Notes: generated by a model not told the origin, from the sequence alone. DNA of 37,566 nucleotides from an uncultured Spirochaetaceae bacterium (GCA_965371685.1 CBDUZM010000001.1:1-37566); one strand, 5' to 3'. Shown: positions 15,985-25,335, counted from the first letter of the stretch. Numbers and translations are program-made.

Positions 15985-18129
15985 ATGGCCAAAGACATTA
16001 AGGTACGCTTCAAAGGAGAAGATAAAGGCGCAATCGCTACGACCAAAAAGGTCAAGGGCGAGCTCGGAGATCTCGATAAGACAGTAAAAAAATCAAGCGC
16101 CTCTATGCTGGCTGCCGGCGCCGCAATTGGGATCGCTGTCGTTGCGCTGCGCACCATAAGCAGGGTTATGAATGACCTGCAGGAGGCTTATTACAAACAG
16201 GAAGCGGCGGTCACAAAGCTAGAAGCAGCTCTCCATGCAACGAATAATGCTCTCGGAATGTCTTCCACCGAATTACAGAATTTCGCTTCACAGATGGCCA
16301 GCGTAACGGCGATCGCCGACGAAGATATCATCACTGTTGAAGCCCTCATGGTCACTTTTACCAAAATCGGGAGGGACGTATTTCCTACTGCGATCAAGGC
16401 TGCTGCTGATATGTCGGTGATGTTCGGACAGGAACTGCAGCAATCCGCGATCCAGCTCGGGACAGCATTAAATGATCCCATTGCCGGCATCGGACGATTG
16501 AGACGCATAGGCATAGCTTTTACCGAAGAACAAAAAAACATGATCGCTTCATTCATGGAGGTTAACGATCTGGCCGGCGCCCAGGGTGTTATCCTCAATG
16601 AGCTTTCAGCTGAATTTGGAGGAGTCGCTGAAGCGATGGGAAAGACGGCAGAGATGATTGACAAGAGATTGAAAGACTCAATAACCGATTTAAAAGAATC
16701 TTTGGGGGGATTGCTTATTGAGTTATTGGGAATCAGTAAAGGAAAAGAAAAATTAACCGGATTTATTGATTCTATTAGAAACAATTTTATTGACATGCCG
16801 GTTCTTACCAGGGAAACTCAGGCTGGTTTAGAGCAATTGGCGGCGGCAACAAATAACTGGGCCGACCTTTCTGTTGAAGATTACAATACTGTAAATGAGC
16901 TTATGGAAAAGTGTCAGAAAATCATGTCGTGGCAGGTCGAGGCAAACAGCCAGGCGGCATTATCCTGGCGAAACATGAGAAATCAATTGTCATTAATGTT
17001 GGGCGATCTGCAGGATGAGTATGACGCTCAACAGAAACGGCTGGCCTTGCAAATCGATATAGGCAAAGGATTTGAATTTTATGAAAAAGCTCTCGAAGAT
17101 ACGCTTACCGCTGAAGAAAAGAAGCGAAGGATGTATCAAACCGTAATCGATCAGCTGGCGGCATATCGAGCAAATCTAAAGAAAGCCGGCGAATGGGAAA
17201 CGGAACATGGCAAGGGGGTGCAGGCATTAATCAATGTATATGTTGCTTTACTTGAGGCTATCGGGGATGCGGCTGATGCCTGGTCAGACCTGGGCGGAGA
17301 AATAGACAAATGGCCTGCGGGAGGTATTCTGATGGGTGGAATGGGACAACCTTTTTCTCCTGGATTGCCGCAGGCAGGCACGCCTCCGATAGCCGGCGCT
17401 GCGGGAGGCGGGGCGCAGATGTTACTTCGCCCAACGCCGGAGCCTCCTACTAAATCTATGGATGCCATAGCCATTTTTTCAAGAGCATTAGAAGGAACCA
17501 TCGGCGGTCTCATGAATTTTCTCAATTTGTTTCAATCTTTTCAGGCAGTAATTCAACCACTTCAGCTTATTTTCCAGGGCATGATGCAGGTGCTTCAGCC
17601 CCTGGTCGATAGAATCCTGCAGCCGCTTATTGGAATATTTATTATCATCGGTAGAGTTCTTGGAACGATCCTTGCTCCTGTCTTCGAAGCGCTGGCCATG
17701 ATTGTCGACAAACTCGCCCAGGCTTTTGTCTGGTTCTATAACAAAGTAATCAGGCCGGTAGGAAATTTCATCATTTCCATATTCAATATTGTAGCAAACG
17801 CTTTAATATTTTTTGCTAATTTATTCCTCCGGAAAAGCAAGGAGATTGCTTATCGTCCTATTACGGCCGGCCATCTTCCGGAGATCTCTCTCGGAGATGT
17901 ATACGCTGCCGGCGAGACAGGAATGGGTGGAACTACTGCCGACCTGGGCAGCACAACCACGATCCAGCGGCAGCCGGATATTTATATATATGTCAATTTC
18001 AACGATGCCGTAATCGGCCCTATGGGCTGGGAGCAGGCAGGAGCGGATATTGCCGACGCGCTCGAGCGTCATGCTGGAATCGGCGGAATAATCCATATTG
18101 AAGAAGCGATAGCTCCGGTAGGCGGGTAG
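15985..18129 (+). CDS. Tape measure protein
   Basis: 714 aa, helical and Ala/Gly/Ile-rich, with hydrophobic segments near the C-terminus. Positioned after G/T. Confidence 0.9.
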   Translation: MAKDIKVRFKGEDKGAIATTKKVKGELGDLDKTVKKSSASMLAAGAAIGIAVVALRTISRVMNDLQEAYYKQEAAVTKLEAALHATNNALGMSSTELQNFASQMASVTAIADEDIITVEALMVTFTKIGRDVFPTAIKAAADMSVMFGQELQQSAIQLGTALNDPIAGIGRLRRIGIAFTEEQKNMIASFMEVNDLAGAQGVILNELSAEFGGVAEAMGKTAEMIDKRLKDSITDLKESLGGLLIELLGISKGKEKLTGFIDSIRNNFIDMPVLTRETQAGLEQLAAATNNWADLSVEDYNTVNELMEKCQKIMSWQVEANSQAALSWRNMRNQLSLMLGDLQDEYDAQQKRLALQIDIGKGFEFYEKALEDTLTAEEKKRRMYQTVIDQLAAYRANLKKAGEWETEHGKGVQALINVYVALLEAIGDAADAWSDLGGEIDKWPAGGILMGGMGQPFSPGLPQAGTPPIAGAAGGGAQMLLRPTPEPPTKSMDAIAIFSRALEGTIGGLMNFLNLFQSFQAVIQPLQLIFQGMMQVLQPLVDRILQPLIGIFIIIGRVLGTILAPVFEALAMIVDKLAQAFVWFYNKVIRPVGNFIISIFNIVANALIFFANLFLRKSKEIAYRPITAGHLPEISLGDVYAAGETGMGGTTADLGSTTTIQRQPDIYIYVNFNDAVIGPMGWEQAGADIADALERHAGIGGIIHIEEAIAPVGG

Positions 18130-18131
18130 AA

Positions 18132-21100
18132 ATGGCCTATTTCGTACCATGCACTCAAGACTTTAAGGACGCTGTTGCCGACCCTCTTTCGGCGCGATAT
18201 CTGAAGGTCCTGATAGATATCGACGACGATGACGTCCTCGAGGACGTGACTGCCGATCTGGACAATAATTACGTCCAGGGCGGCGGTCGGCTGCAGGGCG
18301 CTATAGGTATATCCACAAAACAGTATACGGTAAGACTTCGTAATACCTCCCAGACTTACGCAGAAGGAGACTTCGCCGGCGCAATATGCGCGATTGAGGC
18401 CAAAGTCGGTACAGCAGAATACATCCGGATCTTCACCGGTATCGTATCTGAGGAGGGCTGCAGCCGGACAAAGCGAACAAAGAGCGGCGATCACGTAACC
18501 ATCCAGATGAATGATGCATCGAAGAGCAAGGGTATGCGGGCGAAATGTAAACCGGTCGTCTATACCACACACAAGATATGCGATACAGCAACGCCGGCCA
18601 ACTCTATTTTTCACAAGCTTGCCGCACTCATGGGCCTGGCGGCCGGCGATCTGGAAACCGCCACAATCAACCAGACAAAGGATTACCTCCCGCTGACTCA
18701 AAAGCGTACGGCCTGGCAGGAGCTCCAGGATCTAAACGCTCAATATATCGGTCATATGTGCTTCCGCTACGACGGCAAGCTTCGCTTTATCTCCCGCCAT
18801 CAAACCGGATGGACTGACCCGGTAAGTGAGTGGACTTTCGATACTGATAATATCCATTCTCCCTGGAAAGGCAGGAGCTCTCCGATTAAGTGCAACCGGG
18901 TCAAAACCGTATTCGAAAACTATGAGAATCTCGGCCAGCGGGTGATTTATAAGAATACCGATGAATGGGATTCTGTGCTCGAGCGAAACGCCATTGCTGT
19001 CCCAGCCGGAGATTACTGGCCTGGCCCGAATGCCGGCGACAAGGCGCAGCTCAACTATAAGGATCCTGTCTCCGGAGAGAAATTTCCCATTGGTATATCT
19101 ATTCAAACGCCGAACATTGGCGCCGTGGCAAGCGGATCCGATATCGAATGTGAAAATGGCCTGCTTACCCTTACCAGTTTCAACGGATCCACAGGCGCCA
19201 CACATCAGAATCCGGGAAACTCAGAAATAATACTCTATAATAACACGGGCTCCACTATCTATGTTCGTAAATTCGAGATCAGGGGAACGGCGCTCAGGAT
19301 CCAGAAGAAAGTGATCGTCGAGGACGTGGACGCCGGCGTCACAGACGAATGGAATTATGTGGACAAGACTATCCCCGGGAAGTACGCAGTCAGCGATACC
19401 CAGGCGCACATATCAACCCAACGCTGGGTTGAATTCGGCAAGGTAAAGCGAAAGCTATTCGATCATGTTACCGATTGGATCCCACAGATCCAGGAGGGCG
19501 CGGTCATTACGTTTCATCCGGATGCCGCAATAAATATGTCGGCGGTAGTTGAATCGTTTCAGCATCAATGCTCAGGGTCGATGCGGAAATGGAAAACAAA
19601 AATTGATATCCGGGGAAAAGAAGATTTTTCTCCTTCCGGATCTGCCCAGGTGATCGAGGCAAACCAGGGAGAGGCGGCTACAGAGACGGGTGAACAGTTT
19701 GTCACCCATGATGAGGCGATGGCTGGGTTCAACAACAGTCCGAGCGGTGGCACTACAACGCCGACGCAGGTAACCATAGCCGTCTGCAAGGCGGTTGCCA
19801 CAAAATCAATACTGCTGATCTGGAACCGCCAGCTCACCCTGACCAATTTCGACCATTATGAGATCCAGGTCTCTGATGACGATGCAACATGGTATTCTCT
19901 CAAATTCGATGGAACCGACTGGAAAGATCAGGTAGGGGCTGTTACCGCAGTTTATCCTGAATATTTAATTCATTCCGGGATTCCGCATACAGGCACTGCG
20001 GATAATCCAAGCGGTCGGACGCTTTATTATAGAGTCCGCCGGGTGACGAAAGAGCCTGCAAACGGAACCTGGTCTTCTTCCGCAAGCACGACAACGAAAA
20101 CGGTCGCGGCCGGGGACCTGGCTGCAAATTCAATATATGCAAATAATATTCTTGCTGCAGCAATTCAAACAATGCTTCTTCGAGCTGCTTATATCTGGAT
20201 CGGATATGCTGGTAGTGGCGCCTATACCAGCCCTGATGAAGGAGATAGGAGAATTTATGGCGATGACGATGAAATCAAATTTCAAGTTTATACAAACGGA
20301 GCCTGGTCAGCTGAACGTCAGATTGCTTTTGGCGGTGTCGATAGTAACGGTAATTTTCGTTCCCTTTTAGGGTGCCAGGGAATCCTCAGAGATATAACGG
20401 ATTCACCGCTTCTGGATCCTATCCCTAGTCGTGGTCATAAATTATTTAAATGGGATAATAATGCAGAAGATCAGCATGGCGTCGATCCATGGACAGTTGT
20501 ACTGGGCGCTTTTGTTTATTCAACTACCAGGTGGGAAGGTACGCAGTCCCTTTCTCCTTCTGATCTTTTACTGAATGCCTGGTACGCCGGGGGCTGGGTA
20601 GCCGGAGCAAGTTGTACGACTTGTTTTATGTTTCGTGATGATGGATCTCAAATAGGACACAATTTAATATCATTTAATGCATCTAATCTGGATGATCGTA
20701 TTATTACCAAATACAGTTACGGCCGGTCAATAAGACTTGAAATCAAAAAAGGTGTTGCGGCTGCCCAGTATGTCGACTCGGCTGTTCTTTCTACCGGTGT
20801 TTGGCATTTTATCGGAATGACTTATAACAGCGTTACCAATACGGGATATCTCCGGGTTGATAACAATCAATATTCATTGACCCCAACAGGCACATGGGGC
20901 TCTGGAACAAAAAGTATTTATTTAGAACTTCCGGGCGGGACGTATCAGCGGCGAATGGATGATCTTTTGATCTCCTCCGATACGGCGATGGATCCAGATC
21001 TTTTCTTCCAGCATGTCAATCGGGATGTAGCCTGGACTGCTGATTATTTTGCGCCAGATGTTCTATTAAAACCTAAATCAGGCGGCCGGGTGGTAATTGA

Positions 21101-21479
21101 TGATAGTGACACCGAGCCTTCTCTTGGCACAGGACATTGGCGGGGAAATACTTCAAGCGCAACGCCTCTATTAGATCAAAATCTTTCAGTTGCAGAAACA
21201 TGGTATACAGTAACATTTTCTAATGCACCAGAAGGCGCGAAATGTGCGTGGGCTTTTAGTATCGTTAGTATTGCTGCGCCGACTAATATACTTATGAGAG
21301 TAAGGAAATATGGAGATACCGTCCCCGTAGGTGCTGAGTTAACACAGATGTATGCAAGCAGTGTCTTACTTATTGGGGGACTATGTAGATTTCCGTTGGA
21401 TGGAAGCAAAAGAGCACAAGTTACATCAAACAAAAACACAAGAATAAGAGTATACGAGGGCGTATTCTATGATATATAG
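18132..21479 (+). CDS. Large tail tip / host-recognition protein (FN3-like and LamG/concanavalin-like regions)
   Basis: 1115 aa directly after the tape measure. WNRQLTLTNFDHYEIQVSDDDATWYSL is FN3-like. VWHFIGMTYNSVTNTGYLRVDNNQYSL is LamG-like. Confidence 0.7.
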   Translation: MAYFVPCTQDFKDAVADPLSARYLKVLIDIDDDDVLEDVTADLDNNYVQGGGRLQGAIGISTKQYTVRLRNTSQTYAEGDFAGAICAIEAKVGTAEYIRIFTGIVSEEGCSRTKRTKSGDHVTIQMNDASKSKGMRAKCKPVVYTTHKICDTATPANSIFHKLAALMGLAAGDLETATINQTKDYLPLTQKRTAWQELQDLNAQYIGHMCFRYDGKLRFISRHQTGWTDPVSEWTFDTDNIHSPWKGRSSPIKCNRVKTVFENYENLGQRVIYKNTDEWDSVLERNAIAVPAGDYWPGPNAGDKAQLNYKDPVSGEKFPIGISIQTPNIGAVASGSDIECENGLLTLTSFNGSTGATHQNPGNSEIILYNNTGSTIYVRKFEIRGTALRIQKKVIVEDVDAGVTDEWNYVDKTIPGKYAVSDTQAHISTQRWVEFGKVKRKLFDHVTDWIPQIQEGAVITFHPDAAINMSAVVESFQHQCSGSMRKWKTKIDIRGKEDFSPSGSAQVIEANQGEAATETGEQFVTHDEAMAGFNNSPSGGTTTPTQVTIAVCKAVATKSILLIWNRQLTLTNFDHYEIQVSDDDATWYSLKFDGTDWKDQVGAVTAVYPEYLIHSGIPHTGTADNPSGRTLYYRVRRVTKEPANGTWSSSASTTTKTVAAGDLAANSIYANNILAAAIQTMLLRAAYIWIGYAGSGAYTSPDEGDRRIYGDDDEIKFQVYTNGAWSAERQIAFGGVDSNGNFRSLLGCQGILRDITDSPLLDPIPSRGHKLFKWDNNAEDQHGVDPWTVVLGAFVYSTTRWEGTQSLSPSDLLLNAWYAGGWVAGASCTTCFMFRDDGSQIGHNLISFNASNLDDRIITKYSYGRSIRLEIKKGVAAAQYVDSAVLSTGVWHFIGMTYNSVTNTGYLRVDNNQYSLTPTGTWGSGTKSIYLELPGGTYQRRMDDLLISSDTAMDPDLFFQHVNRDVAWTADYFAPDVLLKPKSGGRVVIDDSDTEPSLGTGHWRGNTSSATPLLDQNLSVAETWYTVTFSNAPEGAKCAWAFSIVSIAAPTNILMRVRKYGDTVPVGAELTQMYASSVLLIGGLCRFPLDGSKRAQVTSNKNTRIRVYEGVFYDI

Positions 21480-21828
21480 ATACAACACAGAAGAAAAGAA
21501 CGGCAAACTCTATATTACTGGATATGCTTCAGAGAAAGGCACACCAGACAATATTAACACTTTCGATAGAACGTGTGACATGGAAGAACCGTGGCAGTAT
21601 GTGCTTGAGAAACAGCCAGATGGAACGTTCAAAAAAGTGTTTGATCCCCTACCAAAGACTCCGGAGGAATTGGCTGAAGAGCACAGGCTAAAGGTAAACC
21701 AGGAAATACAGGAGAAGTTACCCGAGCTCATACGTATAATTGCCCTCGACGATATCAAAGGTTTTGAGGATTTGAAAGCAGAAATCAAGGCGATAGATCA
21801 ATCGGTGGAGGTGAAAAGTGCCAGATAA
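21469..21828 (+). CDS. Hypothetical protein (tail-fibre-associated position)
   Basis: Compact ORF overlapping both neighbours. No recognisable motif. Confidence 0.5.
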   Translation: MIYRYNTEEKNGKLYITGYASEKGTPDNINTFDRTCDMEEPWQYVLEKQPDGTFKKVFDPLPKTPEELAEEHRLKVNQEIQEKLPELIRIIALDDIKGFEDLKAEIKAIDQSVEVKSAR

Positions 21829-22030
21829 GCCATCCACACAAAAAGAAATGATCTACCAGCTATGGTACTGCATCGTCGGCACAAATGGGGACGGTTTAGT
21901 GGATCATATAAAGCATATTGAAAAACGACTGGATCAATGTGTGACATACAAAGCGCTGGCAGCTATCGGAGGCGCACTGACGTTTTTATTAGGCGGCGGA
22001 TTTGTGACAAAGATTTTCGGGTTATGGTGA
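21818..22030 (+). CDS. XhlA-like / holin-associated membrane protein
   Basis: HIKHIEKRLDQ helix followed by a single C-terminal TM (ALAAIGGALTFLLGGGFV). Sits immediately before the endolysin. Confidence 0.45.
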   Translation: MPDKPSTQKEMIYQLWYCIVGTNGDGLVDHIKHIEKRLDQCVTYKALAAIGGALTFLLGGGFVTKIFGLW

Positions 22031-22031
22031 A

Positions 22032-22562
22032 ATGGACGGACCTAACTGGATAGAAATATTCAAATTCCTCAAAAGCAGATATGAGCAGGCCACTATGCCG
22101 GATCGCTGGCGAATGCTGCTCCGGTTCTTCGCAGGGATCCCCTACGGCTGGGGAAAGGAGAACCTGGTTGAGTCTGACTGCTCCGGTCTTGTCTGCGCCG
22201 TTCTGTACATCATGGGCTACAATATCCGGGTCAGCGCCGATTTTCTATTCAAGCGTGTTTTCACAAAGAAGATAACGAGCTACACGGCCCGGGACCGGAT
22301 CATGGCTGTATTCTACATCGAAAAAATAACAGGCCATTGTTCCCATATTGCGCCCGTGCTCGAAAATTATATCGTTCTTAATGCTGAAAAAATCATCCAG
22401 GAAAAGACAGCCAGGTCGGTGCGATTATATTTCGAAGCTATAGGATATCGCGATGTATGGCGCGAGCTGGATTGGCAAGCCCTGGAGAACCTCTCTCTTT
22501 CGGGGAAATATGTATATGGCCTGGATCCACAGCTTGAAGGCTTGAGGAGGATAGTTGAATGA
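22032..22562 (+). CDS. NlpC/P60-family cysteine peptidase endolysin
   Basis: GIPYGWGKENLVESDCSGLVCAVLY plus a downstream GHCSHIAPV (Cys-His catalytic pair pattern). Confidence 0.8.
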   Translation: MDGPNWIEIFKFLKSRYEQATMPDRWRMLLRFFAGIPYGWGKENLVESDCSGLVCAVLYIMGYNIRVSADFLFKRVFTKKITSYTARDRIMAVFYIEKITGHCSHIAPVLENYIVLNAEKIIQEKTARSVRLYFEAIGYRDVWRELDWQALENLSLSGKYVYGLDPQLEGLRRIVE

Positions 22563-22804
22563 AAATTGACGCCAAGGACCTGATCCAGAAAGCCTGGGTC
22601 GTCGAAGTAGGCCTGCTCATCCTCTATGGCCTGGTCATCGTTACCTGCCTGGATCCTGACAGGGTAGAGCTTTTCATCCGGATGCTGCCGACATACGGAT
22701 CCCTGATAGCTGGTCAGGGATTGATAGCTGCCGGCGGACCGCGAATCAAAGCCATGCAGGAAAATCAGCTTGAAAAGATCAAAAACGGAGGGATAGATGC
22801 GTGA
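22559..22804 (+). CDS. Holin-like protein (two hydrophobic segments)
   Basis: 81 aa containing WVVEVGLLILYGLVIVTCL and YGSLIAGQGLIAAGG. ATGA-type overlap with the endolysin. Confidence 0.5.
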   Translation: MKIDAKDLIQKAWVVEVGLLILYGLVIVTCLDPDRVELFIRMLPTYGSLIAGQGLIAAGGPRIKAMQENQLEKIKNGGIDA

Positions 22805-23243
22805 TAAAATTATCAAGATTGTCATTATGGCTCTTCCGATCATCCTGGCGATTGGCCTGGCTGGCAGCACTATTCGCAGTTGTGCTATCCGGCGCAGCGA
22901 CAGCAAACGAGCAGCCGAGCTGGAAAAACGAGCTGTCAAATATGAAAGCTTGTATGCTGAGGCAGATAAGCTATATAGCGAAGCTCTCAGAACTATTGAA
23001 AAATCGGGACTTGAGCTTAGAAACTTACGAGCGGCTAATCGCAGAGCTGGAGAGATCGCAGCCGAGCTTCGAGAAGAAAATCAGCGATTTGCTGCAACAA
23101 TTAGCGAGCTCGGAGATCTACACAGCGAACTTGCAGAAGGAAGTGGACGAGCTTGCGAGCTTATACGAGCAATTGGTGGAGAAGCACGAAGAGCTCTTGA
23201 CTGCGTGGAACGACTACAAGCAGGAAGCGGAGAGCCAGATTAG
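22797..23243 (+). CDS. N-terminal TM + coiled-coil protein (spanin-like topology), frame 0
   Basis: Strong SD GGAGGG lies 3 nt (22794-22796) before ATG 22797, and the N-terminal TM MALPIILAIGLAG is clean. The 3' half overlaps a second open frame, so its true extent is uncertain. Confidence 0.45.
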   Translation: MRDKIIKIVIMALPIILAIGLAGSTIRSCAIRRSDSKRAAELEKRAVKYESLYAEADKLYSEALRTIEKSGLELRNLRAANRRAGEIAAELREENQRFAATISELGDLHSELAEGSGRACELIRAIGGEARRALDCVERLQAGSGEPD

Positions 23244-23343
23244 CGAGCTGCAGGAAGAACGTGATCGAGCACGAAAGTGGATCCCCAGGATCGGATTGAC
23301 AGCTCTTATTCTTGGAGGAATTCTGGGCGCTCTGTTTTTTTAA
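22801..23343 (+). CDS. Alternative +1-frame ORF: coiled coil with C-terminal TM anchor
   Basis: The 3' half has GAG/AAG/CAG/CTG codon usage like other coiled-coil genes here, and ends in RIGLTALILGGILGALFF. Its stop abuts the next ORF. The 5' end (GTG, no separate SD) is doubtful. Confidence 0.4.
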   Translation: MIKLSRLSLWLFRSSWRLAWLAALFAVVLSGAATANEQPSWKNELSNMKACMLRQISYIAKLSELLKNRDLSLETYERLIAELERSQPSFEKKISDLLQQLASSEIYTANLQKEVDELASLYEQLVEKHEELLTAWNDYKQEAESQISELQEERDRARKWIPRIGLTALILGGILGALFF

Positions 23344-23382
23344 ATGGCACGGCTTTTGCATGATAAATGGCAGGAGGCCATA

Positions 23383-23592
23383 ATGCAGAAGCGGCACTAC
23401 GATCCGGAACAGCGGCGCCGGCGTTACCTGGAGCACAAGGAACGGGAGCTGGCGCGGCAAAAGAAGTACTACCAGGAGCATAGAGAAGCTCAAAGGGCCT
23501 CCCGGGCCGATTACTACCAGCAGCACCGGGAAGAAACCATAAAAAGATCGATCGATAACCGCAAGAAAAGACAGAAAATCGTTAGGCGGTAA
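23383..23592 (+). CDS. Small highly basic protein with (K/Q)YYQ(E/Q)HRE repeats
   Basis: AGGAGG lies 5 nt before ATG 23383 (the ORF is open from 23344). Confidence 0.5.
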   Translation: MQKRHYDPEQRRRRYLEHKERELARQKKYYQEHREAQRASRADYYQQHREETIKRSIDNRKKRQKIVRR

Positions 23593-23599
23593 AACCCCT

Positions 23600-23699
23600 G
23601 GGTCAATACGAAACACACTTCCCAAAAACCGATGAAAAAGCGGGTCAATACGAAACATATCCCCCGAATTTGCCCGAAAAAGCGGGTCAATACGAAACA
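23600..23699. repeat. Three direct copies of GGGTCAATACGAAACA spaced exactly 42 bp apart
   Basis: Copies at 23600-23615, 23642-23657 and 23684-23699. Copies 2 and 3 share a 24-nt version, GAAAAAGCGGGTCAATACGAAACA. A rearranged copy (GGGTCA 23830-23835 + TGTTTCGT 23839-23846) lies 130 bp downstream. Confidence 0.9.
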
Positions 23700-23776
23700 C
23701 TTTTCTTATCCCTTTCCTGTTAGGCGATAAATCCTTCTCCCCTTCCCTTCACAATCAGCAGCCATAGACAGCAAAT

Positions 23777-23800
23777 TGCAGAAAAACTCTGCACTTTTCT
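23777..23800 (+). terminator. Weak terminator-like hairpin TGCAGA-AAAAC-TCTGCA + CTTTTCT
   Basis: 6-bp stem followed by a T-rich tail, downstream of the lysis operon. Confidence 0.3.
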
Positions 23801-24042
23801 CAAACTTAGCCACGATTCAGCCAGGCCCCGGGTCAGGATGTTTCGTCTTGGCACAGAACTTGCATCTATATCTATATGTTCTTTGAAAGATGAAGGGGAA
23901 GGGCCGACGGTGAGATAAAAGCGGCGGATCGGCGCCCTGGATCAGAGAAGGAAAAATTAAAAAAATGTCGAAACGTCCCAGCAGGGGCGTCCGCCGGGGC
24001 TGACCTCCCGGCGCCGAAGAGACAGGTTATGAGGAGAAAACC

Positions 24043-24360
24043 ATGAAACTTATGACAAAAGAAATCGAGGCCAGCATGCCGGCTCTCTACAGCCAGGCGG
24101 ACCAGTACGATCCGATCTGCCACGTGAAATATTTTACCCCGGATTCGAACTGGACCTGGTACGGGATGGAATACGATCCGGAAGACCGGATATTTTTCGG
24201 ATACGTGATCGGCCCCGAACCCGAGCTCGGAAATTTCAGCCTGGACGAGCTTGAGAGCGCCCGGGGTCCCCTGGGACTCCCGATCGAAAGGGACTTCAGT
24301 TTCGAACCCGCTCCGCTCAGCGAAATAAAAAAGGGACAGCAAGTCTCGAACCCCGCCTGA
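24043..24360 (+). CDS. DUF2958-family protein
   Basis: KYFTPDSNWTWYGMEYDPEDRIFFGYVIGPEPELGNFSLDELESARGPLGLPIERD is the characteristic DUF2958 signature, usually seen beside ArdC on plasmids and ICEs. Confidence 0.8.
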   Translation: MKLMTKEIEASMPALYSQADQYDPICHVKYFTPDSNWTWYGMEYDPEDRIFFGYVIGPEPELGNFSLDELESARGPLGLPIERDFSFEPAPLSEIKKGQQVSNPA

Positions 24361-24457
24361 CGAGGACCGGCCGGCAGCCGGTCGAAATCCCGGAGCAATC
24401 CGGGATCGCGGGAAGCCGCAAAACAAAGAAGGCGCGAAAGCGCCGGGAGGACATATC

Positions 24458-25252
24458 ATGAACAGCGAAAAGGCACAAGAAACATTGGATTGGCTCATAG
24501 ACAGGCTGATTTACCAGGAGGAGCTGCCCGGGACCCTGACCAGGCTGATCCTGCAGCCGCCTGCCGGCCCCATGCAGAAATGGAGCTTGATGAATCAGCT
24601 CATGGTGCGGACACATGGCTATCAGGAAGCCAGGGGATTCAGGCAGTGGCAGCAGGTCAAGCGGTATGTGAAGAAAGGTATGAAGGCTGTCTACATCCTG
24701 GGCCCGATCATGATCCCGGTCAAGGAAGAGGACGAGACAGGGGAAAAGAAGACAAAGCTCGTCGGGTTCAAGGCCATACCTGTTTTCGGCTATGAGCAGA
24801 CAGAAGGGGAAGAGCTTCAGGAATATAACCAGAGACGCCACATCTCAGAATCCCTTCCGCATCTCCCCCTGGCTAACATTGCGTCGGATCTCGGCATCGA
24901 AGTCAAGGCCGATTTCACACACAACGGCGAGGCCGGCTATTTCCAGCCCTCGGACAGGATCATCGGAATCTGCACCGACTCCCAGCAGACCTTCCTCCAT
25001 GAGATCAGCCACGCGATTGATTACAAGTTAGGTAATAACAGCAGCCGTGAGGAAGGAGAGGTTGTGGCCGAGCTCTCAGCCTGCTTCCTGGCTCACATCC
25101 TGAGGCTTTCGGCAAACATGAAATATACGCAGAATTATATCCGCTCCTGGAGCGGCCGGCAGCACGCTGGGGTCGCCATCGGCCGGGAAATCGACCGGGT
25201 AAAGGCGATCTACGATTTCTGCAGCCGACACATCGAAGAGCAGGCAGCCTGA
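24458..25252 (+). CDS. ardC: ArdC-like antirestriction protein (ssDNA-binding N-domain + HExxH metalloprotease domain)
   Basis: The N-domain ...GFRQWQQVKRYVKKGMKAVYILGP... is DUF1738-like. The C-domain has FLHEISHAIDY (HExxH). Confidence 0.75.
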   Translation: MNSEKAQETLDWLIDRLIYQEELPGTLTRLILQPPAGPMQKWSLMNQLMVRTHGYQEARGFRQWQQVKRYVKKGMKAVYILGPIMIPVKEEDETGEKKTKLVGFKAIPVFGYEQTEGEELQEYNQRRHISESLPHLPLANIASDLGIEVKADFTHNGEAGYFQPSDRIIGICTDSQQTFLHEISHAIDYKLGNNSSREEGEVVAELSACFLAHILRLSANMKYTQNYIRSWSGRQHAGVAIGREIDRVKAIYDFCSRHIEEQAA

Positions 25253-25335
25253 GTAGGGCAAGGGACAGTCCCGTGAAAGCCGGGACCGGGGGAGAGATCC
25301 CCCGCTCCGCTCAACCTATTACAAGGAGGCGCAGA

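Noticed and set aside
23161-23700. Minus-strand 179-aa ORF with repeated (M/V)FRIDP(L/G) peptide
   Set aside because: The peptide repeat is just the reverse translation of the 16-bp direct repeats. The ORF is antisense to better-supported + strand genes and has no SD.
24116-24131. TCTGCCACGTGAAATA, a 13/16 match to the canonical parS consensus TGTTNCACGTGAAACA, inside the DUF2958 gene
   Set aside because: The arms are only weakly palindromic (5/8). My rough estimate is that a match this good is expected by chance at the 0.1-0.3 level in 37 kb. It is worth including in a ParB ChIP test but is not claimable.
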